A DNA stretch of 64,000 bases from an uncultured Candidatus Rokubacteria bacterium (lineage in GTDB: Bacteria; Methylomirabilota; Methylomirabilia; Rokubacteriales; DASRDR01), in NCBI GenBank assembly GCA_963826115.1, contig CAWGVS010000006.1, positions 1,024,001-1,088,000 on the forward strand, given 5' to 3'. The position numbers were made by a program, and so were the translations under genes. The notes below the pieces were generated by a model. It was not told the origin of the DNA, made no database searches, and saw only the letters and a list, made by a program, of their open reading frames with translations. Positions 29,208-38,070 of the stretch are shown piece after piece. How positions within the stretch are numbered: the stretch's first letter is position 1; each line of letters opens with the position of its first letter.

Positions 29208-29530
29208 TCAGGCCACGGGCGACGGGCGGCGTCCAACGAGCGCGCGCTCGAAGGCCGCGTGGGCCTCGGAATAGAACAGAACGAAGCGGACTTCCGTGAC
29301 CCGGCGGAAGAGGAGCCGGCCCGCGGGCATGGCGGCCGCCTGGCCGGTGGGAAGGCCGTCCGGAGAGCGCTCGGCGCGGAGGCGCCAGCACGCCTCGAAG
29401 ATGGCCGGGCCGCCCTTCCGGTGGATCACGCCGTCGCCGGCGCCGTCCAGGAGCGACGCGCTGGCGGCGCTCACGACCGCGTCCAGCGCCTCCTCCGTGG
29501 TGTCGCCCTGGACGAGGACGATGCGCGGCC
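29208..29530 (-). pseudogene. degenerate macrodomain (YmdB-like O-acetyl-ADP-ribose deacetylase) remnant
   Basis: RIVLVQGDTTEEALDAVVSAASASLLDGAGDGVIHRKGG...GLPTGQA...VRFVLF; no clear start, large internal deletion. Confidence 0.75.
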
Positions 29531-29538
29531 CGGACCGA

Positions 29539-30726
29539 TCAGGCGAAGGAGCCCCAGTCGTACTCGTGCGCGCCCCGGATCACCTGGCCGCGCGCGTCGC
29601 GGTCGACCGCGAAGGGCGCGAGCGGGCTCGCCGCGAAGTCCGCGCCGCCGATGACCTCGGCCAGGGCGCGTCCCATGGACGGCCCGAACTTGAATCCCTT
29701 GCCGTTGCCCCCCGTGAGGACGAACAGGCCGGGGACGCCGGGGATCGGGCCGGCGAGCGCGTGGCCGTCCGGCGTCCGCGAGTCGAGGCCGACCCACGTC
29801 CGGCCGGGCGCGGCGCCCTCGAGCGCGGGGATCCTCGGCACGAGGCGCGTTGCGGCGGAGACGAGCTCGTCCAGCGTCGGCGGCGCGAACTCGGCCTTGC
29901 CGTGAAAGGGCTCCCCGCGAAATCCGATCGAGTCCTCGTACCCGGCGCCGATCAGGAGGGCGTCGCCGATCTCGCCCCGGTACCATTGCTCGGCAGCGTG
30001 GTCGATCGTGCAGGGCACCCGGTCGAAGCCCGGCAGGCCCTGGAGGATCCCGGCGCCGATCGGCATCGGGAACACGGGCAGGTCGACGCCCGCCTCGGCA
30101 GCGAGCTCGCGGGTGCCCGCCCCGGTCGCCAGGAGAACGGCCGGCGCGGAGATCCGATCGGGCCCGAGTCGGACGCCCGCGACGCGACCGCTCTCGGTCA
30201 CGAGATGCGCCGGTCCCGCGTCGGTCAGGACACGGCCGCCGCGATCGCGGACGTTCGCGAGAAGGCTCGCGACGCAGTCCGAGGGATCGGCGTGCCCGCT
30301 GTCCGGCTCCCACGCCGCGGCGCCGATGCCGTCGGTCTCAACGAACGGCAGGAGCCGCTGCACATCCTTCGGGTCCAGCACCTCGGTGGGGACGCCCATG
30401 GCTCGCATCAGCGCCACGTTCTTCTCGAGCGTCGGTACCAGGATCGGCGGCACGATGAACAGGAAGCCGTTCCGGCGGTAGCCGTTCTCGCCGCCGACCT
30501 CCTCGCGCCAGCGGCGGTGCATCCGCCAGCTGTCCACGGCGAAGTGCGCCTCGGGCTGGTTGGCGTAGTGGCAGCGGATGTAGCCCGCGGTCCGGCCGGA
30601 GGCGCCGCCGGCCGGGAGGCCGCGGTCCACGACGACGACCCTGAGGCCGGCGCGGGCGGCGAAGCAGGCCGTGCTCGCGCCGGCGATGCCGGCGCCCACG
30701 ACGACGAGGTCGACCGAGTGTGCCAC
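29539..30726 (-). CDS. FAD-dependent oxidoreductase (DAO family)
   Basis: VGAGIAG, GASGRTAG, RTPDG, GGNGKGFKFGP. Confidence 0.9.
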   Translation of the reverse strand: MAHSVDLVVVGAGIAGASTACFAARAGLRVVVVDRGLPAGGASGRTAGYIRCHYANQPEAHFAVDSWRMHRRWREEVGGENGYRRNGFLFIVPPILVPTLEKNVALMRAMGVPTEVLDPKDVQRLLPFVETDGIGAAAWEPDSGHADPSDCVASLLANVRDRGGRVLTDAGPAHLVTESGRVAGVRLGPDRISAPAVLLATGAGTRELAAEAGVDLPVFPMPIGAGILQGLPGFDRVPCTIDHAAEQWYRGEIGDALLIGAGYEDSIGFRGEPFHGKAEFAPPTLDELVSAATRLVPRIPALEGAAPGRTWVGLDSRTPDGHALAGPIPGVPGLFVLTGGNGKGFKFGPSMGRALAEVIGGADFAASPLAPFAVDRDARGQVIRGAHEYDWGSFA

Positions 30727-30737
30727 GGTGATCGCTC

Positions 30738-31112
30738 CTATGAGCCCGCGATGCGGGTGCCGAACCGGATGCCGAACCCGTCGGGGTCCGCGATCGTGAA
30801 GTCACGGAGGCCGTAGTAGCGGTCCGAGATCGGCGCGAGGACCCGGGCCCCCATCTCGGCCGCCCGGCGCCACCAGGCGTCGACGTCCGGCACCATGACG
30901 CGCACGTTGGCCTGGGGCGACGATGGAGGCTCGTGCCCGGGCCGCTCGTCCAGGAAGAGCTCGTGCCCCTCCCACGCGACCGTCGCGAAGCCGCCCGTCC
31001 GGCCCAGGAGCTCGAACCCGAGGCCCTGGTAGAACGCGATGGCGCGGTCCAGGCTCTGCACGTAGACCTCGACGACCAGCTGCTCGGTGACGGGGACGTA
31101 GGCTGCGGCCAT
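30738..31112 (-). CDS. VOC/glyoxalase family protein
   Basis: DRAIAFYQGLGF, YYGLRDFTIADPDG. Confidence 0.88.
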   Translation of the reverse strand: MAAAYVPVTEQLVVEVYVQSLDRAIAFYQGLGFELLGRTGGFATVAWEGHELFLDERPGHEPPSSPQANVRVMVPDVDAWWRRAAEMGARVLAPISDRYYGLRDFTIADPDGFGIRFGTRIAGS

Positions 31113-31132
31113 CGCGGGACCGACCGCCGCGC

Positions 31133-31972
31133 TCAGCCCTCGGCCTGGTTGACGCGCATCAGGTAGCGGTACGGGTCGCTCGTCATGACGGCGCCGCCGG
31201 ACACGAGGAGGACGGCCCCCGACACCCACTCCGCCTCCCCGGACGCGAAATACACCGCGGCCGACGCGACGTCGTCGGGCTGGCCCACGCGGCGGAGCGG
31301 GTAAAAGGCCGCCCGCTTCCGCCGGTCCGCCTCGGTCGCGAGCCACGGCGCGGTCAGCGGCGTCTCCACGACCGCCGGCGCGATGGCGTTGACGCGGATC
31401 CGGTGCTGGCCGAGCTCGACGGCCATGGTCTGGACGATGTTGTTGAGGGCGGCCTTGCACGCGCCGTAGATGCCTTCGCCTCCGGGAGCGGCATAGAGGC
31501 TGTCGATCGACGAGATGAAGATGATGGCCCCGCCCGTGCCGCGGTCGCGCATGACGCGCGCCGCGGCCTGGGCGCCGAAGACCTGAGCAGTGAGGTTGAG
31601 GCGCACCATGGCCTCCCATCCCCGCTCGGTGACGTCCAGCCACTCGGCCGTGCTGCCCGGCTCCGACGTGAAGCCGCCGGCGTTGTTCACCCAGACGTCG
31701 ATGCGGCCGAGGCGCGCGACCGCCGCGTCGGCGAGCGCGCGGACCTGGCCGAGGTCGGTGACGTCGGTGGGCTGGACGACCGCCCGCCGACCCTTTGCCT
31801 CGATCTCGCGCGCGAGCGCCTCCAGCTCGGCGCGGCTCCGCGCGCCCAGCACCACGTCGGCGCCTTGCTCGGCGAAGGCGAGCGCGATCGCGCGGCCGAG
31901 GCCGCGGCTCGCGCCGGTGACCACGCACGCCTTCCCCGCGAGCGAGAACGCGGCGCGCTCAGGCCCGGCCAT
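31133..31972 (-). CDS. short-chain dehydrogenase/reductase
   Basis: TGASRGLG, VNNAG, YGACK. Confidence 0.9.
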   Translation of the reverse strand: MAGPERAAFSLAGKACVVTGASRGLGRAIALAFAEQGADVVLGARSRAELEALAREIEAKGRRAVVQPTDVTDLGQVRALADAAVARLGRIDVWVNNAGGFTSEPGSTAEWLDVTERGWEAMVRLNLTAQVFGAQAAARVMRDRGTGGAIIFISSIDSLYAAPGGEGIYGACKAALNNIVQTMAVELGQHRIRVNAIAPAVVETPLTAPWLATEADRRKRAAFYPLRRVGQPDDVASAAVYFASGEAEWVSGAVLLVSGGAVMTSDPYRYLMRVNQAEG

Positions 31973-34274
31973 TGTGCATCGCCTGCCACACCCGCTCCGG
32001 GCGGAGCGGCATGTCGATGTGCCGGACCTTGAACGACTTGAGCGCGTCCACGACGGCGTTGACGACCGCGGGCGTCGAGCCGATCGTGGCCGCCTCGCCG
32101 ATGCCCTTGGCGCCGAGCGGGTTGACGGGCGTCGGCGTGACCGTCTGGTCGGTGACGAACGACGGCAGGTCGTCCGCGCGCGGCACGCAGTAGTCCATGA
32201 GGGAGCCCGTCACCAGCTGGCCGTCCGTGCCGTAGACGAGCTCCTCGAAGAGGGCCTGGGCGATGCCCTGCGCGAGACCCCCGTGCACCTGGCCCGCGAC
32301 CAGCGTCGGGCTGATGCGGACGCCGCAGTCGTCGACCGACACGAACTCGCGCACGGTGACCTGGCCCGTTTCCCGGTCGATCTCGACCACCGCGACGTGC
32401 GCGCCGAACGGGTAGAGGAGCTGCGAGACCCGGAAGAAATCGGTCGCCTCGAGGCCCGATTCGATCCCGTCGGGCAGCTTGTCGCCGTAGGCGTGCCCCG
32501 CGATCTGGGAGAGCGTGAGGGCGCGCGCCGGCACGCCCCGCACCTGGTACTTCCCGTCGTCGAAGACGACGTCGTCCTTGGCCGCCTCCAGCACGTGCGC
32601 GGCGATCGCGCGCGCGTGCTCCTGCACCTTCAGGGCCGCCCGCAGGATGGACGTGCCGCCGACCGCGAGGCTCCGGCTCCCGCCGGTGCCGTTGCCCATC
32701 GGCGTGTTTGAGGTGTCGCCGTGCCGGACGACGACCTGGTCGAACGAGACGCCCAGGTGGTCGGCGATGATCTGGGCGAAGGTCGTTTCGTGGCCCTGGC
32801 CGTGGGCCGACGTGCCGGTGTAGGCCGTCACCGTGCCGGACGGCTCCACGCGCACGATGGCGCTCTCGAACGGCCCGAACCCGCACATCTCCACGTAACA
32901 GGCGATTCCGATGCCGAGGAGCCTCCGGTCGTTCCGGGCCAGCCGGTCCGCCTGCTCCTTCCGGAGCGCGTCGTACTTCGAGACCTGGAGCGCCTTGGTC
33001 AGCGCGCGGTCGTACTCCCCGCTGTCGTAGCGCTGGCCGGTGGGGGTGGTGTAGGGGAAGGCGCTCGGCGCGATGAAGTTCTTGCGCCGCACCACCTCGG
33101 GGGCGAGCCCGAGCTCCTGCGCGGCGACGTCGACGATGCGCTCGATGTAGTAGCAGCCTTCCGGCCGGCCGGCGCCACGGTAGGCGGCCACGGGCGTCGT
33201 GTTGGTGAAGACGCAGGTCGACCGGAGGTCGATGTTGGGGATCCGGTAGACGCCGACGCCCATCATGAGCGCCAGGTCCGGGATGAACGTGAAAATCGGG
33301 TACGCGCCGATGTCCGCGAGGACGTGGACGCGGAGCCCGGTGATGGTGCCGTCTTTCTCGACCGCCGCCTCGACCTCGGTCACGTGCGCGCGGCCGTGCG
33401 TGGTGGCGACCATGTGCTCGACGCGGGTCTCGACCCACCGGAGCGGCAGCTGGTAGACCTTGGCCATCGTCGCGAGCGCCGCGTCCTCTGGATAGACGCC
33501 GAACTTCACCCCGAACCCGCCGCCGACCTCGGGCGCGATCACGCGGATCTGGTTCTGCTCCAGCCCCAGGATGGTCGCGAGCCCGTTCCGGAACCCGTGA
33601 GGCGCCTGGGTCGTGGCCCAGATCATGAGGCCGCCGGTGGACGGATCGGGAGCGGCCAGCGTGGCGCGCCCCTCCATCGGGACCCCGCAGAGGCGCTGGC
33701 TGACCATCCGCTGGCGGACGACCTTGAAGGCGCTGGCGAAGGCCTTGTCCGCGTCGCCGGCCACGATCTTGTTCTCGTGCTCCACGTTGTTCGGCGCGTC
33801 GGCGTGGATCTGCGGGGCGCCGGGCTTCCGTGCCGCGACGGGGTCGCTCACCGCGGGGAGCGGCTCCCAGTCGACGGCCACGTCGGCGGCGCCGTCGACC
33901 GCGATCGCCTCGGTCGTGGCGATGACCGCGGCCACCGCCTCGCCGACGTGGCGGACGCGGTCGATCGCCAGCGCGTAGTGCTTGCGTCCGATCGAGGCCT
34001 CGCCGACGCCGCCCTCGCTCGACGCCTGGTCGACGGGGACCGGGCCGCAGTGGGGCTTCAGATCGGCGCCGGTGACGACCCGGACGACGCCCGGCCGCTT
34101 CAGGACGGTTGAGGCGTCGATCCGGCCGATCCGCGCGTGCGCGTGCGGGCTGCGGACGAAGGCCACGTAGTGGAGGCCTGGCAGCGAGATGTCGCCCGTG
34201 TACATCGAGGTCCCTGTGATCAGACGCGGGTCTTCCTTGCGCTTGACCTGGGCGCCCATCATCTTCACGGCCAT
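31959..34274 (-). CDS. xanthine dehydrogenase family molybdopterin-binding large subunit (CoxL form II-like)
   Basis: RKEDPRL, VGGGFG, AYRGAGRPE, GQGHET, GQVHGG, GAKGIGE. Confidence 0.93.
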   Translation of the reverse strand: MAVKMMGAQVKRKEDPRLITGTSMYTGDISLPGLHYVAFVRSPHAHARIGRIDASTVLKRPGVVRVVTGADLKPHCGPVPVDQASSEGGVGEASIGRKHYALAIDRVRHVGEAVAAVIATTEAIAVDGAADVAVDWEPLPAVSDPVAARKPGAPQIHADAPNNVEHENKIVAGDADKAFASAFKVVRQRMVSQRLCGVPMEGRATLAAPDPSTGGLMIWATTQAPHGFRNGLATILGLEQNQIRVIAPEVGGGFGVKFGVYPEDAALATMAKVYQLPLRWVETRVEHMVATTHGRAHVTEVEAAVEKDGTITGLRVHVLADIGAYPIFTFIPDLALMMGVGVYRIPNIDLRSTCVFTNTTPVAAYRGAGRPEGCYYIERIVDVAAQELGLAPEVVRRKNFIAPSAFPYTTPTGQRYDSGEYDRALTKALQVSKYDALRKEQADRLARNDRRLLGIGIACYVEMCGFGPFESAIVRVEPSGTVTAYTGTSAHGQGHETTFAQIIADHLGVSFDQVVVRHGDTSNTPMGNGTGGSRSLAVGGTSILRAALKVQEHARAIAAHVLEAAKDDVVFDDGKYQVRGVPARALTLSQIAGHAYGDKLPDGIESGLEATDFFRVSQLLYPFGAHVAVVEIDRETGQVTVREFVSVDDCGVRISPTLVAGQVHGGLAQGIAQALFEELVYGTDGQLVTGSLMDYCVPRADDLPSFVTDQTVTPTPVNPLGAKGIGEAATIGSTPAVVNAVVDALKSFKVRHIDMPLRPERVWQAMHNGRA

Positions 34275-34322
34275 GGGGAGTGTCTCCTCAGTGGTTGGGT
34301 GTGCGTGACTCGGTCATTCCCA

Positions 34323-35033
34323 TCATACGAGCGGCCAGGGGTACCGCATGCCGGACGAGTCCTCGGGGAACTGCTCGGCCGCGCCCACCGCGCGAGCCCG
34401 GGCGAGGAGCGCCCGCCGCTCCTCGGAGGCGAGGAGCTCGGCCAGCGGGTCGGGCAAGCCCTCCCGGGCGAGCCGTTCCGTCGCCGCGCGCACCTCGTCC
34501 GGCACCGGCTCGCCCGCCAGGTCCCAGATCACCGTGCGAAGCTTCGGATCGGCGTGGAAGCACAGGCCGTTGTCGATCGCGTAGAGACGGCCGTCGCGTC
34601 CGAGGAGGCAGTGCCCGCTCTTGCGGTCGGCGTTGTTGGCGACGAGGTCGAAGGCGCAGAGGCGCGCCAGCGCCGCGCGGTGCTCGGGCCGCTGACGGAG
34701 CGTGAAGTAGTGCTCCTCGAAGTCGGCGTCGACGAAGAGCTGCACGGACCCCGGGCCGTACGGGCCTTCCCGCAGGAGCGTGGGCGGCACCAGACCGAAG
34801 CCGAGCGTCTCCGACAGGTGGTACGCGGCCACCTCGCGGCGATGGAGCCCCCGCGGGAAGTCCCAGAGCGGGCGCTCGCCTCGCTGGGGCTTGTACACGC
34901 CGAGCGTCGTCGCGCGGCCGCGCGTCACCTCGACGAGGAACGTGGCGTTCGAGGCCCAGGGGAGGCGGCCCTTGATGGCGATCTCGCCGTGCGCGATGAG
35001 CTCGAGGGGCGCGATGGCCGCGGCGCGCGACAT
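34323..35033 (-). CDS. SCO1664 family protein (PI3/4-kinase-like fold)
   Basis: SNATF, YKPQRGERPLWDFP, REVAAY, NNADRKSGH, IDNGLCFH, LRTVIW, PWPLV. Confidence 0.88.
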   Translation of the reverse strand: MSRAAAIAPLELIAHGEIAIKGRLPWASNATFLVEVTRGRATTLGVYKPQRGERPLWDFPRGLHRREVAAYHLSETLGFGLVPPTLLREGPYGPGSVQLFVDADFEEHYFTLRQRPEHRAALARLCAFDLVANNADRKSGHCLLGRDGRLYAIDNGLCFHADPKLRTVIWDLAGEPVPDEVRAATERLAREGLPDPLAELLASEERRALLARARAVGAAEQFPEDSSGMRYPWPLV

Positions 35034-35041
35034 GGCCGGCG

Positions 35042-35647
35042 CTAGTCGGAGCCGTGCCCGTTTGTTCGGGCGCACTTGTGTCCGCCCGCGTTCATCGGCC
35101 GTCCGCACAGCCGGCACGTGGGCCGGCCCGCGTCGACGAGCCTCCGCGCCCGCTCCACGAACGCGGCGACCTGGGCCCCGGTCAGCCGGACGCGTCCCGA
35201 CGCCCGGTCGCTCTCTTCGTCCTCGGTCTCCTCGGATTCGGCGTCCGGCTCCGGGGCGCGGGCGGGCTCCGCGCCGGCGCGCCCCTCGGGCTCGTCCTCG
35301 CCCGCCTCCTCGGTCTCTTCCTCGTCCTGCTCCCGCGCTTCCTCGATCACCAGCACGACGCGCTCCGAGGCCTCGTCGTAGCCGACGCCGATCGAGCCCA
35401 CTGTCCAGGCCGGCGTGGCGGGCTCGACCAGGGCGAGGTCACCGCCGCCGGCCGTGGACGCCGCCGAGAGCCGCTCGAGGAGGCGGCCGAGGTACTCCGC
35501 GAGCGCGCGGACCTGCTCCTTCTCGCACTTCAGGGTGACGAGCGTGTCGTCCTGCCGCGCCTGGAGATAGAAGACCCGCTGCCCCGGCGGGCCGATCGTG
35601 CCGGCGGTGAACAGGTCCGGGGACGCGAACTCGAACGAGTCGGTCAT
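35042..35647 (-). CDS. DUF3090 family protein
   Basis: AGTIGPPGQRVFYLQAR, EKEQV, AGRPTCRLCGRP...GHKCARTNGH. Confidence 0.88.
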   Translation of the reverse strand: MTDSFEFASPDLFTAGTIGPPGQRVFYLQARQDDTLVTLKCEKEQVRALAEYLGRLLERLSAASTAGGGDLALVEPATPAWTVGSIGVGYDEASERVVLVIEEAREQDEEETEEAGEDEPEGRAGAEPARAPEPDAESEETEDEESDRASGRVRLTGAQVAAFVERARRLVDAGRPTCRLCGRPMNAGGHKCARTNGHGSD

Positions 35648-35657
35648 GAGGGCGACG

Positions 35658-36302
35658 TCACTGGCCGGCGAGGGGGGCGAGGTCGCCCCGCGTGGCGTTG
35701 ACGGCCAGGACCGTGGGCCCTCCGGTTCCGTAGGCGATCGCGGTCACCGACGCCGTGAAGACCGCGATGCGCTGGAAGAGATCGAGGTGCGTGCCGAGCG
35801 CGTGCGCGACCGCCGTCTTGATCGGGTCCGCGTGCGAGACCGCCACGACCGTGTGGCCGGGGTGTGCGGCGACCAGACGAGCCACCGTGCCGGTCATCCG
35901 CGACTGCATCTCGACGAACGATTCGCCGCCCGGGAACCGGAAGCCGCTCGGGTAGCGCTGGATGACCTTCCACTCCGGCCGACGGCTCAGGTCTTTCAGG
36001 GGGAGGCCTGTCCACTCGCCGTAGTCGCACTCGAGGAGCCCCGGCTCGACCGTGACGGGCACGCCGGACGCCGCGGCGATGGGCGCGGCGGTCTCCTGCG
36101 CGCGCTCGAGCGGCGACGAGTAGACCGCGGCGATCCGCGGGAGGCGCGCGATGCGGCTCGCCACGTCGGCCGCCTCCTCGCGTCCCTTGTCCGCGAGGTG
36201 GAGCCCCGGCGCCCGGCCGGGCAGGGTGACGCCGGTGGTCGCAGTCTGCCCGTGGCGCACGAGCAGTATCAAGGTGGTCTTCGCGACGCGTCCGTTCCGG
36301 AT
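35658..36302 (-). CDS. histidine phosphatase, MSMEG_4193-like phosphomutase (start uncertain)
   Basis: LVRHGQT, SSPLERA, ECDYGEWTG, FPGGES, VSHADPIK, DLFQRI. Confidence 0.88.
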   Translation of the reverse strand: MRNGRVAKTTLILLVRHGQTATTGVTLPGRAPGLHLADKGREEAADVASRIARLPRIAAVYSSPLERAQETAAPIAAASGVPVTVEPGLLECDYGEWTGLPLKDLSRRPEWKVIQRYPSGFRFPGGESFVEMQSRMTGTVARLVAAHPGHTVVAVSHADPIKTAVAHALGTHLDLFQRIAVFTASVTAIAYGTGGPTVLAVNATRGDLAPLAGQ

Positions 36303-36437
36303 AGGTCGGCTCCTCGCCTGCTCTCCCGGTTAGAGTAAAGCATCGCCTGGCAGGGTCAATCGGCCGCCACCCCCGGGGCCCCGCTCCGCGCCGGTCCGTG
36401 GTACAACTCCGCTCGAACCCATCACACGGAGGCCGCG

Positions 36438-36620
36438 ATGCCCAACGTCACGATCCAGTGGTACGCGGGACGCACCGATCAGCAGCGGCGCGAGATCACC
36501 GTCGCCATCACCGACGCTCTCGTCCGCATCGGCAAGACGACGGCGGACCAGGTCCACATCGTCTTCCAGGACGTCGAGAAGAATCACTGGGGTTACAACG
36601 GCAAGCTCGCCAGCGACTAG
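36438..36620 (+). CDS. 4-oxalocrotonate tautomerase family protein
   Basis: N-terminal Pro1, GRTDQQRR, 60 aa; RBS GGAGG. Confidence 0.9.
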   Translation: MPNVTIQWYAGRTDQQRREITVAITDALVRIGKTTADQVHIVFQDVEKNHWGYNGKLASD

Positions 36621-36659
36621 GCCCCCGCACGGACCGCCGGGGTCAGGCCTGACGTCGGA

Positions 36660-38039
36660 TCAGGCCTGACCCCAGAGGAGCATCAGGGCGGCGAAGGCCT
36701 TGATGGCGCGCCGCGCGTCGTCGAGCCGGATGTGCTCGTTGGGCGCGTGGATGAGGCTCCCGCTGTAGCCGACGCCCGGCGGCAGCGCGGCCGGCGTCCC
36801 CCGGCTCGTGTAGAAGAACGTCGACGAGGAGCCGCCCATCCACGGGAAGACCGCCGGCGGGCGACCGTACACGTCCTGGCACGCCGCCATGAGCGCCTGC
36901 CCGATGGGCGACGCGGCCGGGGAGGCGCCCGGCTCGAACGTGCTGTGCTGGATCACCTCGATGTCGCCGAACCCCTTCCGGCGGAGGTGGGCCTTCAGCG
37001 CGGCGAGGATCCGGAGCGGCCGCTGGCCCGGCACCAGCCGGAAGTCGAGCTTCACGGCGGCGTGGGCCGGGTTGATCGTCTTGCTGCCCGGCCCCGTGTA
37101 GCCGGACACGATGCCGTCGATGTTGCAGGTGGGGTTGTAGCAGTAGGCGACGAGCCGGCCGAGCCGCGTCTTGCCCCCGAAGACCTCGGTGACGCCGTAC
37201 GCCTTCTGCCAGGCGCGCGGATCGAACGGGTTCTTCCGCAGGAAGCCGAGCGCCTCCTGGGTCGGGCGGGGGACCCCGTCGTAGAAGCCCGGGATCAGGA
37301 CGCGCCCCCGCCGGTTGCGGATGACCGCGAGCGCGTCGATGAGCCGCCACGCAGGGTTCGGCAAGGACGCGGCGAGGGAGCTGTGCTGGTCGACGGCGGC
37401 GGTCCGGACGCGGAGCTCGACGTAGAGGATGCCCTTGCTGCCCATGTAGACTTCCGGGACCCCGTCGGGCGTGTGCCCCGCGCCCTCGATCGTCGCCCCC
37501 GCGCCCCGGAAGAGACCGGGGTTCTTCCGGGCGAAGGCGGGAAGGTGGGGGCTCCCGACCTCCTCCTCGCCCTCGACCATGAACCGGAGCCCGATCGGCG
37601 GCGCGCCCATCACCTCCCGGACGGCGGCGAACGCGACGGCCTGCGCCACCGTGTTGCCCTTCGTGTCGGCCACCCCGCGCGCGAAGAGCTTGCCGTCCTC
37701 GACGACGGGGTCGAACGGGGGACGCTTCCACTCGTCGAGGGGATCGACCGGCTGGACGTCGTAGTGGTTGTAGAGGATGAGCGTCGGCGCCCCCGGCGGC
37801 CCCGCGGTCTCCCCCACGACCATGGGCGGCCCGCCGGGCACGTCGAGGAGCCGGGCCGCCACGCCGTGGCGCGCGAGGACCGCGCGCGTGAACTCGGCGC
37901 CCTCTGCCTCCGCCTCGCGCCGGGCGCTGATGGTCGGCACGCGCGCGTAGGCGCGGAGCTCCTCCACGAACTCGTCGAAGCGGCGGTCGATCCGGGCGTA
38001 GACGTCCTGGCGGGCCGCTTGGGCGGTGCGATCGTTCAT
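36660..38039 (-). CDS. M20 family metallopeptidase
   Basis: YNHYDVQP, ARGVADTKG, EGEEEVGS, HAPNEH. Confidence 0.92.
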   Translation of the reverse strand: MNDRTAQAARQDVYARIDRRFDEFVEELRAYARVPTISARREAEAEGAEFTRAVLARHGVAARLLDVPGGPPMVVGETAGPPGAPTLILYNHYDVQPVDPLDEWKRPPFDPVVEDGKLFARGVADTKGNTVAQAVAFAAVREVMGAPPIGLRFMVEGEEEVGSPHLPAFARKNPGLFRGAGATIEGAGHTPDGVPEVYMGSKGILYVELRVRTAAVDQHSSLAASLPNPAWRLIDALAVIRNRRGRVLIPGFYDGVPRPTQEALGFLRKNPFDPRAWQKAYGVTEVFGGKTRLGRLVAYCYNPTCNIDGIVSGYTGPGSKTINPAHAAVKLDFRLVPGQRPLRILAALKAHLRRKGFGDIEVIQHSTFEPGASPAASPIGQALMAACQDVYGRPPAVFPWMGGSSSTFFYTSRGTPAALPPGVGYSGSLIHAPNEHIRLDDARRAIKAFAALMLLWGQA

Positions 38040-38070
38040 GTCGATGCCTCCAGGGGACAGGAGCCTCGGC

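Noticed and set aside
31959-34274. Aerobic CO dehydrogenase
   Set aside because: Lacks the form I AYRCSFR motif and the cox accessory genes.
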